Positions 9,797 through 19,019 of a stretch of DNA of 64,000 nucleotides are shown in pieces. The first letter of the stretch is position 1; the number at the start of each line of letters is the position of its first letter. The notes beneath the pieces were generated by a model. That model had not been told where the DNA came from. It saw only the letters and a program-made list of their open reading frames with translations, and searched no databases. Origin of the DNA: an uncultured Collinsella sp. (GTDB taxonomy: Bacteria; Actinomycetota; Coriobacteriia; Coriobacteriales; Coriobacteriaceae); the NCBI GenBank assembly GCA_900540835.1, contig UQHN01000004.1, positions 165 to 64,164 on the forward strand, in the 5' to 3' direction. Position numbers and translations under genes: made by a program.

Positions 9797-10837
9797 CTAC
9801 CTCACCCGCTTCTTCAACATGAGCGCGATAACCACCGGAGCGCCGAAGATGGCGGTGACGGCGCTGATGGAAAGCTCGACGGGAGAGAACAGCGTGCGCG
9901 CGATCAAATCGCAGCCCGCGCAGAAGATGGCGCCTCCCAAGAAGCACGCAGGAATCACGCGGATGGGCTTCGACGACTTTAGCGCCGACTTCACGAGATG
10001 CGGAACCGCGATGCCTACGAACGACACCGGACCAGCGAACGCGGTCACGCAGGCGGAGAGCATGCTCGCTAGAAGGACGAGCACCACGCGGAAGCGTTCG
10101 ACGTTCACGCCGACGCTTTTCGCGTAGGCTTCTCCCAGCTGGAAGGCGGAAAGGGGCTTCGATATCGCGAATACGCATGCGCTCACGGTGATCACCACGA
10201 CCGCGATGACCGCGATGTCGTCCCAGCTCGAACCCGAGAAGCTACCCAAAGACCAGTTGTGCAGGTTCACGATGGACTGGTCGTCGGCGAAGGCGATGAG
10301 GAAGTTCGTCGCCGCCGAGCAGATGTATCCCACCATGACGCCCGCAACGATGAGCATGGCCATGGAACTTATGCGCCGTGCGATGAGGAGCACGAAGCCG
10401 ATGGTGATAAGCGAGCCCAGAAACGCTGCGGCCACCATGGCCGGCGAAGACATGGCCATGTTCGCGCCTAGAAGTACGATCATCGTAAGCGCGACGACGA
10501 ACTTTGCGCCCGAGGAGACGCCCAAGATGAACGGGTCGGCGATGGGGTTGTTGAAAAACGTCTGCAGCAGGAACCCGGAAAGCGAAAGTGCCCCGCCGAG
10601 AAGCACGGCTGAAAGCACGCGCGGCAGGCGAATCTCCCAGATGACCTGGCTTTCCATGGAATTGGCCGCGCCGCCCGAAAGGATGCCGGGGATGTGGTCT
10701 GCGGGCACGAGCACGCTCCCGATGCACAGGTTGGCCCCGACGAGCACGATGAGGGCAACAGCGAGCAGCGCCGTCACGACGCGACACCGCGCGGCGCGCC
10801 CCGATTCGTCGTATGCCATGGAAAGCCGGCTTCTCAT
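9797..10837 (-). CDS. FecCD-family ABC permease (BtuC-like, iron-siderophore/cobalamin type)
   Basis: About 9 TM helices and the FecCD signature RLPRVLSAVLLGGALSLSGFLLQTFFNNPIADPFILGVSSGA. Confidence 0.9.
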   Translation of the reverse strand: MRSRLSMAYDESGRAARCRVVTALLAVALIVLVGANLCIGSVLVPADHIPGILSGGAANSMESQVIWEIRLPRVLSAVLLGGALSLSGFLLQTFFNNPIADPFILGVSSGAKFVVALTMIVLLGANMAMSSPAMVAAAFLGSLITIGFVLLIARRISSMAMLIVAGVMVGYICSAATNFLIAFADDQSIVNLHNWSLGSFSGSSWDDIAVIAVVVITVSACVFAISKPLSAFQLGEAYAKSVGVNVERFRVVLVLLASMLSACVTAFAGPVSFVGIAVPHLVKSALKSSKPIRVIPACFLGGAIFCAGCDLIARTLFSPVELSISAVTAIFGAPVVIALMLKKRVR

Positions 10838-10841
10838 GGCG

Positions 10842-12413
10842 CTAACCGAGCTTCCTCAGATAATGGAAGTCGCTCGCGTCATCGCCGGTGAACGCCCCGT
10901 GCAGCTCGTCGATAATGTCGGCGGTAGAAGTCATCTGCTGGTACATGTCGGCGCTTGTGACCCAGACGTTGCCGTTCTTCACGGCTTTGAACTGCGACAA
11001 TAGCGCGTTTTTGCCTACGAAGTCGTTCAAGGTGGCAACCGATTCGTCGATGGTGCCGTTGTAGACGATGATGTCGGCATCCTTCGCTGTCGCGTAGAAG
11101 CGCTCCATTTCGAGCGTTACTGACGAACCTGACGTCGACGCCGTCTGCGCGTCATCGAGTGCGTAGCTGCCGCCTGCAAGCTCGATCATCTGCGCCACGT
11201 AGTCGCCCGCCCGCCGCGTGACGGCGGCCCCGTTCGAGTTAATGTAGAAATACGCCACGGTTTTACCTGACGACGCGAGCCCCGACGTTTGCTCGACGCG
11301 GGCCTTCTGCTCGTTGAACAGGTGCGTGGCCTCGTCTTCCTTGTCGAACAGGACGCCGAAAAGCTTAATCCACTCGACGCGCCCGAGTGCTTTGGGCTCG
11401 CTCGACGACTGTTCGGTGAGCACGACGAGCCCGAGCTTCTGCAGCTTTTCCTTCACATCGGGCGTGTGGTTGATCATGGTGTTCTCGATGGCGAGCGTGC
11501 AGCCCGAGGCCGATATTCGCTCGTAGTCGGGCGCGCTGTACTTGCCGCCGTAGGCGATCGCCCCACTTCCGAGCGCGCTTTTGAAGCCCGCGACCGAGCA
11601 ATCGTCGGCTTTCGTGCCCGACATTAAGATATTGTCGTTCGCATCGAGCGCGTCGACCAGGCACATCGTCGCCGACGACACGAGGTACACCTTGTCGGCG
11701 GGGCGCCTTATGACCGCGATGTCGGAGCTTAACCCATCAGGTACCTTCGCATCTTGCGGCACCACGAGGAAGCGCTCCCCGTTCGAAACGCAGATAAGCC
11801 GCAGGCCGCCTTCGAACTCGTCGACAGTGAAGTGCTCGGCGTATTCAAGCTGAAGCGCTCCCGTCGGCTCCCAGCCGCAGCCCAAATCGGCGTTGTGGAA
11901 GTCGGCCGCGGCGCTTGAAGCCGTTCCCGCAGGGGAGCCGCCGCTTGCATCGTCGCCCGATTTCTCCTTCATGGTGGATGAGTCGAAGTGGAGCGTGTAG
12001 TCGATGGTGTGCGGCGTCGACATGGCGACGGTCTCGGCCGACACGGCGATGTCCTCGTCGAGCGTGACGGGTATCTCGAACGTGGAGTTGCCGCCGTCGT
12101 TTACGGGCGCGTAGTCCACGCCGTCGACGGTCATCTTGTCGTAGTTCGAACTCGACCAGGTGATGGTCGCGGTGTAGGTGTCGCCATCCTTCACAATTGT
12201 GGTGGGTGAGGCGATGCTTGCGCGCCCTGACCCGCCGGAAAGCGAGACGCTCACCGTGTATTCCTGAGAGCCCGCCGTGCCACCGGTCGCGTTCGGGCTC
12301 GCACTGCACCCCGCGAAGGGAAGCGCGAGCAGGGCGACGAGAACGCAGGCGATCGCGCGCGCCGCGATGCTGTGGAGCTTCCTGTTTTCCCCCTTGGGAA
12401 GAATCGACCGCAT
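10842..12413 (-). CDS. Periplasmic-binding-protein lipoprotein (BtuF/FecB-like class III SBP) with an extra N-terminal beta-rich domain
   Basis: Signal peptide plus lipobox LALPFAGCSAS. The C-terminal ~300 aa are PBP-like (LICVSNGERFLVVPQ..., tryptophan/aromatic-rich). The N-terminal ~150 aa domain is paralogous to the adjacent small lipoprotein. Confidence 0.8.
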   Translation of the reverse strand: MRSILPKGENRKLHSIAARAIACVLVALLALPFAGCSASPNATGGTAGSQEYTVSVSLSGGSGRASIASPTTIVKDGDTYTATITWSSSNYDKMTVDGVDYAPVNDGGNSTFEIPVTLDEDIAVSAETVAMSTPHTIDYTLHFDSSTMKEKSGDDASGGSPAGTASSAAADFHNADLGCGWEPTGALQLEYAEHFTVDEFEGGLRLICVSNGERFLVVPQDAKVPDGLSSDIAVIRRPADKVYLVSSATMCLVDALDANDNILMSGTKADDCSVAGFKSALGSGAIAYGGKYSAPDYERISASGCTLAIENTMINHTPDVKEKLQKLGLVVLTEQSSSEPKALGRVEWIKLFGVLFDKEDEATHLFNEQKARVEQTSGLASSGKTVAYFYINSNGAAVTRRAGDYVAQMIELAGGSYALDDAQTASTSGSSVTLEMERFYATAKDADIIVYNGTIDESVATLNDFVGKNALLSQFKAVKNGNVWVTSADMYQQMTSTADIIDELHGAFTGDDASDFHYLRKLG

Positions 12414-12417
12414 GGCG

Positions 12418-12951
12418 TTACTTCAGTGCGTCGGCGCGCAGATCGACGCCGGCGGATTCGAACACAAGTGTGCGGTCGTACCACTGCTCTTTTCTAATAC
12501 TCCACGCGGCACAGGCGGTGTCCTCGTCGAGCGCATCAACGGGCACGTCGTAGGTGTACTTGCCTTCCGCGTTTTCCACATAGGGGATGAAGTCGGCCTC
12601 GCTCGCGGCGGCAGCCTCGTCGCCCGTGCCCATGAAGAGCTTGCCGTAGCCCGTGCCGGAAAGCGTCATCACGCAGTGCATGGAGCCGTTTTCCACGATG
12701 AGCTGGGCGTCCACGATCCTGAACATGTTCGAGCTGGAATCTACGGTGATTGGATAGGTGCCGTCGGCCACCTTGTCGGCGGTGATGGGGGCAGCGCTTG
12801 CGCCCGCGGGCGCATCGGCCGCCTGTTCGGTCTTTTCCTGGGAATCGGCATCGCTTGCCTTTGCGCTGTCGATTGAATTTCCGGCGCAGCCGGCGAGCGA
12901 GAACGCGCAAAGCGCCGCCGACAGGGCGAAGACGAGGGTTTTCTTCAACAT
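12418..12951 (-). CDS. Small secreted lipoprotein of unknown function (paralog of the SBP N-domain)
   Basis: MLKKTLVFALSAALCAFSLAGCAG (lipobox), with an RBS before ATG 12951; the ORF track opens at 13026. Beta-rich, with motif DVPVDALDEDTACAAWS. Confidence 0.6.
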   Translation of the reverse strand: MLKKTLVFALSAALCAFSLAGCAGNSIDSAKASDADSQEKTEQAADAPAGASAAPITADKVADGTYPITVDSSSNMFRIVDAQLIVENGSMHCVMTLSGTGYGKLFMGTGDEAAAASEADFIPYVENAEGKYTYDVPVDALDEDTACAAWSIRKEQWYDRTLVFESAGVDLRADALK

Positions 12952-13097
12952 GGAGGGGGTTCCTTTCAATCGCTTCGACCGCCCGTGCCGTGCGGTGGGC
13001 GGTCGGGATGCGAATGCAACGGGCATGCGTCGTCAGTCGGGGAAAGGCGCATGCCCGTTGCACGGGGACGCGACCGGCGCCCCCGTGCGCGGCGAGT

Positions 13098-14027
13098 TTA
13101 CAGCTTGGCGATGGCGTCGTCCACGTGCGAGACGTAGATGTCGTCGACCGCGACGTTCTGTCCCAGACCCTGGAGCAGGCACGTCACTTCGAAGCCGGCG
13201 GCCACGAACTTCGCAGCCCAGCTGTCGGGGTCGGTCTCGTCTGCCATGTCGTTGTTCGCGTGGTCGCCCGCGACCACCATGAACGGCGCGAGCACGGCCT
13301 TCTTGTAGCCTGCGGCGCTCGCGGCGGCGATAACATCCTCGCAGGTCGGTTCAGCCTCGACGGTGCCGACGAAGAACTGCGTCAAACCCTCGTTCTTGAA
13401 CACTTCCTGCATCTTGGCATAGTCGGCGTTGGAATCGGCTTCGGTGCCGTGGCCCATGAGGCACAGCGCCGTCTCGCCGTCGTCGAAGGACGCCATGTTC
13501 TCCTTAATGGCTGCGGCCACCTTTTTGTAGTCGTCGTCGGAGGTGAGCAGCGGGTCGCCGAGCGAGATCTTGTCGAACTTGTCGGCGTACTTGTCGAGCT
13601 CGTCTTTCACGTCGGCGTATTCCAGGCCAGCCATGAGATGCGTCGGCTGCACGACGATTTCCTTCACGCCGTCTTCCACGCAGCGGTCAAGCGCCTCGGT
13701 CATGTTGTCGATCGTGATGCCGTCGCGCTTCTTCAGCTTGTCGATGATGATCTGCGCGGTGAAGGCGCGGCGGATGTCGTAGTCCTGCCAGTACTTCTCG
13801 CGGATAGCGTCTTCGATGGCGCCGATGGTGATGTGGCGCGAGTCGTTGTAGCTCGTGCCGAAGCTCGTGACGAGGATGACCGGCTTCGCGGCCTTCTCCT
13901 TTTCACTAGATTTCTCGGAACTCGCGGAGGTGTTGGAGCAGCCCGCGAGCGCGACTCCGGCGAGCGCGACGGCTCCGGTTGCTGCGGCGCCCATGAAGCC
14001 GCGGCGTGACATCTGGTCGGACATGGT
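13098..14027 (-). CDS. cbiK: CbiK-like sirohydrochlorin cobaltochelatase homolog carrying a Tat signal and lipobox (exported)
   Basis: MSDQMSRRGFMGAAATGAVALAGVALAGCS gives a twin-arginine motif plus LAGC lipobox. The mature part has CbiK class-II chelatase features (ILVTSFGTSY, LMGHGTE, VVAGDHANND). Start was remapped to ATG 14027; the ORF track opens at 14111. Confidence 0.8.
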   Translation of the reverse strand, partial: TMSDQMSRRGFMGAAATGAVALAGVALAGCSNTSASSEKSSEKEKAAKPVILVTSFGTSYNDSRHITIGAIEDAIREKYWQDYDIRRAFTAQIIIDKLKKRDGITIDNMTEALDRCVEDGVKEIVVQPTHLMAGLEYADVKDELDKYADKFDKISLGDPLLTSDDDYKKVAAAIKENMASFDDGETALCLMGHGTEADSNADYAKMQEVFKNEGLTQFFVGTVEAEPTCEDVIAAASAAGYKKAVLAPFMVVAGDHANNDMADETDPDSWAAKFVAAGFEVTCLLQGLGQNVAVDDIYVSHVDDAIAKL

Positions 14028-14039
14028 TTTTCCTTTCCT

Positions 14040-14260
14040 CGGTTTGCCGGTCCCCCGGCGACAGTTGCTTGTCGGCACAAGCGAAAGAAAAGCGCACCCC
14101 TCGGGGTTCACAAGGAGCTAACGCCACGGCGATGCCGTGAGGAAAAGGCGAAGCAGTCTGGCTTGGGGCGCGAGGCGGTTCGCCCGCGCGTCCTATACAG
14201 TAATGTCCCTTGCCCAGGATTCCCACCTGGTTCCCTCCGCAAGCCAGCGCGGGCTGTGCA
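14040..14260 (-). promoter_or_regulatory. Cobalamin (AdoCbl) riboswitch in the 5' leader of the cbiK-lipoprotein-btuFCD operon
   Basis: The minus-strand transcript contains GGGAAccaGGTGggAATCCtgg (coords ~14213-14238) and then ...ACTGTat.... Near the RBS it has a B12-box-like GCAACTGTCGCCGGGGGACCGGC. The leader is ~230 nt ahead of a B12-transport operon. Confidence 0.6.
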
Positions 14261-14482
14261 GGCGCCGCGCCGGTCATTTCCTTTTATCCGATTGTCATAT
14301 GCTCGTTGCCGAAACTTTTACTATGATAGTGGGCACTTGTGAACGTGTCAAAGCCAGCGCGGGCGGCATTGCGCCTCCTGCCTGCGTATTTGCGCCGATT
14401 GCTGCCGCAGGCGCCGTGTTTTGCCCGCTGCGCGAATGGCGGCGTAAACGGTTGCGATGAGAAACGGGAAGGGAAGGCTCGG

Positions 14483-15274
14483 ATGATTCATATCGTTGGC
14501 GCAGGCTCTGGCGCCGCCGACCTTATCACGCTGCGCGGGGCGCGCCTTCTGCACGCGGCCGACGTGGTCGTTTGGGCGGGGAGCCTTGTGAACCCCGAGC
14601 TGCTCGCTGAGTGCAAGGAATCCTGCATCGTCTACGACAGCGCGCACATGACCTTGGAGGAAGTGCTCGACGTGATGTGCGCGGCAGATGCGCGGGGCGA
14701 GGAAGTGGTGCGCCTGCACACGGGCGACCCGTGCCTGTACGGCGCCATCCAGGAGCAGATGGACGCGCTCGACGCGCGCGGCGTGGACTACGAGGTGGTG
14801 CCCGGCGTGTCGAGCTTTTGCGGTGCCGCGGCGGCGCTTCGCCAGGAATACACGCTGCCGGGAATCAGCCAGTCGGTCGTGATCACGCGGCTTTCCGGGC
14901 GCACCCCCATGCCTGCGGGCGAGGGCATGCGCACCATGGCGGAAAGCGGCTCGACTATGGTCATCTTCCTGAGCTCGGGTATGCTCGCCGAGCTTTCCGC
15001 CGAGCTTTTGGCCGCGGGCCGCAGCTCCGACGAGCCGGCGGCGCTCGTGTATAAGGCGACCTGGCCTGAGGAGCGCGTGGTGCGATGCACAGTGGGCACG
15101 CTCGCCGATGCGGGCGCGCGAGAGGGCATCGACCGCACGGCGCTCGTGGTGGTGGGCCGCGTGCTCGGAGCTCGCGGCGGGCTTGCGCACGACGGCGCGC
15201 AAGCGGAGTCGTACGAGCGCAGCAAGCTTTACGACCCTTCGTTTGCCACGGGGTATCGGAAGGCGAGCAGCTAG
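14483..15274 (+). CDS. cbiF: Cobalt-precorrin-4 C11-methyltransferase
   Basis: Tetrapyrrole methylase with IHIVGAGSGAADLITLRGARLL and GDPCLYG motifs; start MIHIVGAG. Confidence 0.9.
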   Translation: MIHIVGAGSGAADLITLRGARLLHAADVVVWAGSLVNPELLAECKESCIVYDSAHMTLEEVLDVMCAADARGEEVVRLHTGDPCLYGAIQEQMDALDARGVDYEVVPGVSSFCGAAAALRQEYTLPGISQSVVITRLSGRTPMPAGEGMRTMAESGSTMVIFLSSGMLAELSAELLAAGRSSDEPAALVYKATWPEERVVRCTVGTLADAGAREGIDRTALVVVGRVLGARGGLAHDGAQAESYERSKLYDPSFATGYRKASS

Positions 15275-15275
15275 C

Positions 15276-16460
15276 GTGGCCTTCGAGCACTACATATATA
15301 CCGGGACGACCCGCCTGCGCTGCGGCTACACCACGGGGAGCTGCGCCGCTCTCGCGGCGAAGGCGGCCTGCGAGATGCTCTTGTCACGAAAGACCGTGGG
15401 CCGCGTGTCGATCGTCACCCCCGGCGGGCTGCCCGTCGAGACGGACGTGGTCGACGTATGCATCGGCGAGGGGTGCGCCCAGTGCGCCGTGCGAAAGGAC
15501 GCAGGCGACGATGCCGATGTGACCGACGGCGTGCTCGTGTACGCGCTCGTGGAACATGCGGGGCCGGGCACGGGCGCTGCGGGCAGCAAGGGCGTGCCCG
15601 CGCGCGAATCGGAAGTTTCCGTCGATGGCGGCGTGGGCGTGGGGCGCGTGACGTTGCCCGGGCTTGAGCAGCCGGTGGGGGCGGCCGCCATCAACGCGAC
15701 GCCGCGCGCGATGATCACTTCGGCGGTGCGCGAGGTGTGCGCCGCGCACGGCTTTTCTGGAAATATTGCTGTGACGATTTCGGTACCCGAGGGTGTTGCC
15801 CTTGCCGAAAAGACCTTCAACCCGCACCTGGGGATAGAGGACGGCATCTCCATCCTGGGTACGACGGGCATCGTCGAGCCGCGCAGCCTCGCTGCCTTGC
15901 GCGACAGCATCGAGCTCGAGATCCGGCAGCATGCGGCTATGGGGCGGCGCGGAGTCGTGCTCACGCCCGGCAACTACGGCGGGCAGTTCATCTCGGGGCA
16001 TTTCCACCTAAACGGTGCGCCGGTGGTCTTCATCTCCAACTTTGTGGGCGATGCGATTGATTGCTGCGTTCGCGAGGGATTTACCAATGTCCTTCTTGTG
16101 GGACACATCGGCAAGCTAGTGAAGGTCGCGGGCGGCATCATGGACACCCATTCGCGTACCGCCGACTGCCGCGCGGAGATTCTGGCCGCCCACGCGGCCT
16201 TGGCCGGCGCGGGCGCGAAGACCGTGCACGAGATCATGTCGTCGGTCACGACCACGACGGCGCTTGAGGTAATCGAGGCCGCCGGCGTGGGGGACGCTGT
16301 GCGCGCCTCGCTCGCTGCGGCAATCGAGGACAGGTTGCGCCGCCGCGCGGCGGGCGCATGCGACATCGCCGCGGTCGTGTTCGACGCCGGGCGCCGCGAG
16401 CTTTTCCGCACGTCGGGCGCCGATGCTGTTATCGGGGAATTGGGGGCGACGTATGAGTAA
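15276..16460 (+). CDS. cbiD: Cobalt-precorrin-5B C1-methyltransferase
   Basis: Conserved LRCGYTTGSCAALAAKAA N-terminal motif. GTG start lies immediately after the cbiF stop; the ORF track opens further upstream at 15108. Confidence 0.85.
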   Translation: MAFEHYIYTGTTRLRCGYTTGSCAALAAKAACEMLLSRKTVGRVSIVTPGGLPVETDVVDVCIGEGCAQCAVRKDAGDDADVTDGVLVYALVEHAGPGTGAAGSKGVPARESEVSVDGGVGVGRVTLPGLEQPVGAAAINATPRAMITSAVREVCAAHGFSGNIAVTISVPEGVALAEKTFNPHLGIEDGISILGTTGIVEPRSLAALRDSIELEIRQHAAMGRRGVVLTPGNYGGQFISGHFHLNGAPVVFISNFVGDAIDCCVREGFTNVLLVGHIGKLVKVAGGIMDTHSRTADCRAEILAAHAALAGAGAKTVHEIMSSVTTTTALEVIEAAGVGDAVRASLAAAIEDRLRRRAAGACDIAAVVFDAGRRELFRTSGADAVIGELGATYE

Positions 16461-17142
16461 AGGCGTGCTGTACGGGGTGGGCACGGGGCCTGGCGACCCC
16501 GAGCTGCTCACGATCAAGGCCGTCCGCACAATCGAATCGTGTCCGGTCATCGCCGCACCGCAAACGGCGGACGGGGTCATGGTCGCGCTTGACATTGTGC
16601 GCGGCGCCGTCGACCTTACAGGCAAGACGGTGATCCCCGTGCGATTCTCGATGACGCGCGACGCCGAGCGCCGCGCGGCCGAGCATGCCTCGCTTGTTCG
16701 CGAGCTTGTCGCGCACCTGGATGCGGCCCGCGACGTCGCGCTGCTGAACCTGGGGGACCCAAGCATCTACGCCACCTTCCAGCGCATAGCGCCCGACGTG
16801 CGCGCCCGCGGGTTCGAGGCGCGCGCCATTCCCGGCGTGCCGAGCTTCTGCGCGGTCGCCGCGGCGCTCGAGCGCGACCTCACGCCCGAGATGTCGTCGC
16901 CTCTGCACATCGTGCCCGGCGGCTACGATGACGTTCGCCGCGCAATCGGCTGGCCGGGGACGAAGGTGGTCATGAAGGCGCGCCGCTCGCTTGCGGACAC
17001 GAAGCGCATCCTTCGCGAGGAGGGCGCCTTCGACGGTGCCGAGCTCGTAGAGGACTGTGGGCTTCCGGGCGAGCGCGTGTACCGCTCGCTCGACGATGTG
17101 CCCGATCGGGGCAGCTACTTCTCGACGATGGTGGTGCGCTAG
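16453..17142 (+). CDS. cbiL: Cobalt-factor II / precorrin-2 C20-methyltransferase
   Basis: MSKGVLYGVGTGPGDPELLT tetrapyrrole-methylase N-terminus; overlaps the cbiD stop. Confidence 0.85.
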   Translation: MSKGVLYGVGTGPGDPELLTIKAVRTIESCPVIAAPQTADGVMVALDIVRGAVDLTGKTVIPVRFSMTRDAERRAAEHASLVRELVAHLDAARDVALLNLGDPSIYATFQRIAPDVRARGFEARAIPGVPSFCAVAAALERDLTPEMSSPLHIVPGGYDDVRRAIGWPGTKVVMKARRSLADTKRILREEGAFDGAELVEDCGLPGERVYRSLDDVPDRGSYFSTMVVR

Positions 17143-18276
17143 ATGAGGGTTTCCTGCATAGCGTTCACTGAGAGGGGGTATGCGTTGGCGGAGCGCACCG
17201 CACGCGCGCTTTCCGATTGCGCGCAGACAGGTGAAGATGACTCTGGCTGGAACGTTTCCGTTTCGCGCGGGTTCGGCGAGGGGAAGGCCGACCTGCGCGC
17301 ATGGACGGCGCTCGCGTGGGAAGCGTCGGACGCGCTTCTGTTCGTGGGCGCGGCGGGCATCGCCGTGCGGGCGATCGCGCCGCATGTCGCCTCGAAGGCA
17401 AACGATTCCGCGGTTGTGGTGATCGACGAGGCGGGGCGCTTTGCCGTCTCGCTTTTGTCGGGGCATTTGGGCGGTGCGAACGAGCTTGCGCAAACTGTGG
17501 CACGCGCGGCAGGGGCCATCCCCGTCATCACCACGGCGACCGACGTCCGCGGCGTGTGGGCGGTGGATACGTGGGCGCGCTGTGCTGGGCTCGCCGTTTC
17601 GAATCCCGAGGCTATCAAGCGAGTGTCGGCGCGGCTGCTTTCGGGCGGGCGCGTGGCGCTCTATTCCGACATGCCGATTTCGGGACAGCCGCCTGAGGGG
17701 GTTGACATTGCGTCCGACCGCGCTCGGGCCGATATCGTCGTGTCGCCGTTCGCTGGCGCGAATGCAGGTGCGTCCGTTCGCGCGGCGGAGACAACGGGCG
17801 AGGTCGTGCCCGCCGGTGTGACGGGGAAGCCGGCGGGCGTGCGGGCGCAGGCGCCTGCGCCCGAGCCGCTTCACCTTGTCTTACCCTGCATCGTTGCGGG
17901 CATAGGGTGCCGTCGCGGTGCGTGCACCGAAGCGATCGGGGAGGCGTTTCTTCTCGCGTGCGGGCAGGCGGGCATCTCGCCTTCGGCCGTGCGCGAGGCG
18001 GCGACGATCGACGTTAAGGCGCGCGAGGAGGGTCTGCTCGCCTTCTGCCACGCGCGCAGTATCCCGCTCGCGACGTATTCCGCAGAGGAGTTGTCGCAGG
18101 TCGAAGGCAGCGTTTCGCCATCTGATTTCGTGCGCGCGACGGTGGGGGTCGACAACGTGTGCGAGCGCGCGGCGCTCGCGGGCGGGGGCAAACTTTTCTT
18201 CCCGAAGCTCGCTCACGGCGGCGTGACCGTCGCGTTTTCCAAGGTAACTATCGAACTTTCGTTTAAGGAGCGGTGA
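17143..18276 (+). CDS. cbiG: Cobalt-precorrin-5A hydrolase
   Basis: CbiG N-, middle and C-terminal (CobE-like) regions: LVLPCIVAGIGCRRG...IDVKAREEGLLAFCHARSIPLATYSAEEL. Confidence 0.85.
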   Translation: MRVSCIAFTERGYALAERTARALSDCAQTGEDDSGWNVSVSRGFGEGKADLRAWTALAWEASDALLFVGAAGIAVRAIAPHVASKANDSAVVVIDEAGRFAVSLLSGHLGGANELAQTVARAAGAIPVITTATDVRGVWAVDTWARCAGLAVSNPEAIKRVSARLLSGGRVALYSDMPISGQPPEGVDIASDRARADIVVSPFAGANAGASVRAAETTGEVVPAGVTGKPAGVRAQAPAPEPLHLVLPCIVAGIGCRRGACTEAIGEAFLLACGQAGISPSAVREAATIDVKAREEGLLAFCHARSIPLATYSAEELSQVEGSVSPSDFVRATVGVDNVCERAALAGGGKLFFPKLAHGGVTVAFSKVTIELSFKER

Positions 18277-19019
18277 TGGGAAAGCTCTTCGTGGTGGGGA
18301 TTGGCCCGGGCGGCCCCGACGGCATGACGATTGCGGCTCGGCGCGCGCTCGAGGCGGCCGACATCGTTGTGGGGTACACGAAATACGTGGAGCTCGCGCT
18401 CGCCGCCGTGCCCGACGCGGCGCATCTCGCGACGCCGATGATGCACGAGGTCGAACGGTGCCGCCTGGCGCTTTCGCGCGCGCAGAGCGGAGAAGCCGTG
18501 GCGCTCGTGTGCAGCGGTGACGCGGGCGTGTACGGCATGGCGAGCCCCGTGCTGGAGCTTGCGGAGGACTACCCCGATGTAGACGTGGAAGTTATCGCCG
18601 GGGCCACCGCGGCTCAGAGCGGGTCGGCGGTGCTCGGCGCCCCGCTTGCCCACGATTTCGCGGTCGTGTCGCTCTCTGACCTGCTCACGCCGTGGGAGGT
18701 CATCGAGCGCAGGCTCGCCGCCGTGGCGAGCGCCGACTTCTGCATCTGTTTGTACAACCCGCGCAGCAGAAAGCGCGCCGACAGGCTCTCGCGCGCGGCG
18801 AAGATTATGCTCGAATGGAAGGCCCCCGACACGCTCTGCGGCTGGGTGCGCAATATCGGGCGCGAGGGGCAGCAGTCGGGTATGTGCAGGCTCTCCGAGC
18901 TGGGGGAGTTCGATGCAGACATGTTCACCACCGTGTTCGTCGGCAACGCGGACACGAAGCGCGTAGGCGGCCGTATGGTCACGCCGCGCGGGTATCGGGA
19001 GATTCCATGCGAAAGGTAA
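18273..19019 (+). CDS. cbiH: Cobalt-precorrin-3B C17-methyltransferase
   Basis: LFVVGIGPGGPDGMTIAARRALEAADIVVGY methylase motif. Confidence 0.9.
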   Translation: MMGKLFVVGIGPGGPDGMTIAARRALEAADIVVGYTKYVELALAAVPDAAHLATPMMHEVERCRLALSRAQSGEAVALVCSGDAGVYGMASPVLELAEDYPDVDVEVIAGATAAQSGSAVLGAPLAHDFAVVSLSDLLTPWEVIERRLAAVASADFCICLYNPRSRKRADRLSRAAKIMLEWKAPDTLCGWVRNIGREGQQSGMCRLSELGEFDADMFTTVFVGNADTKRVGGRMVTPRGYREIPCER

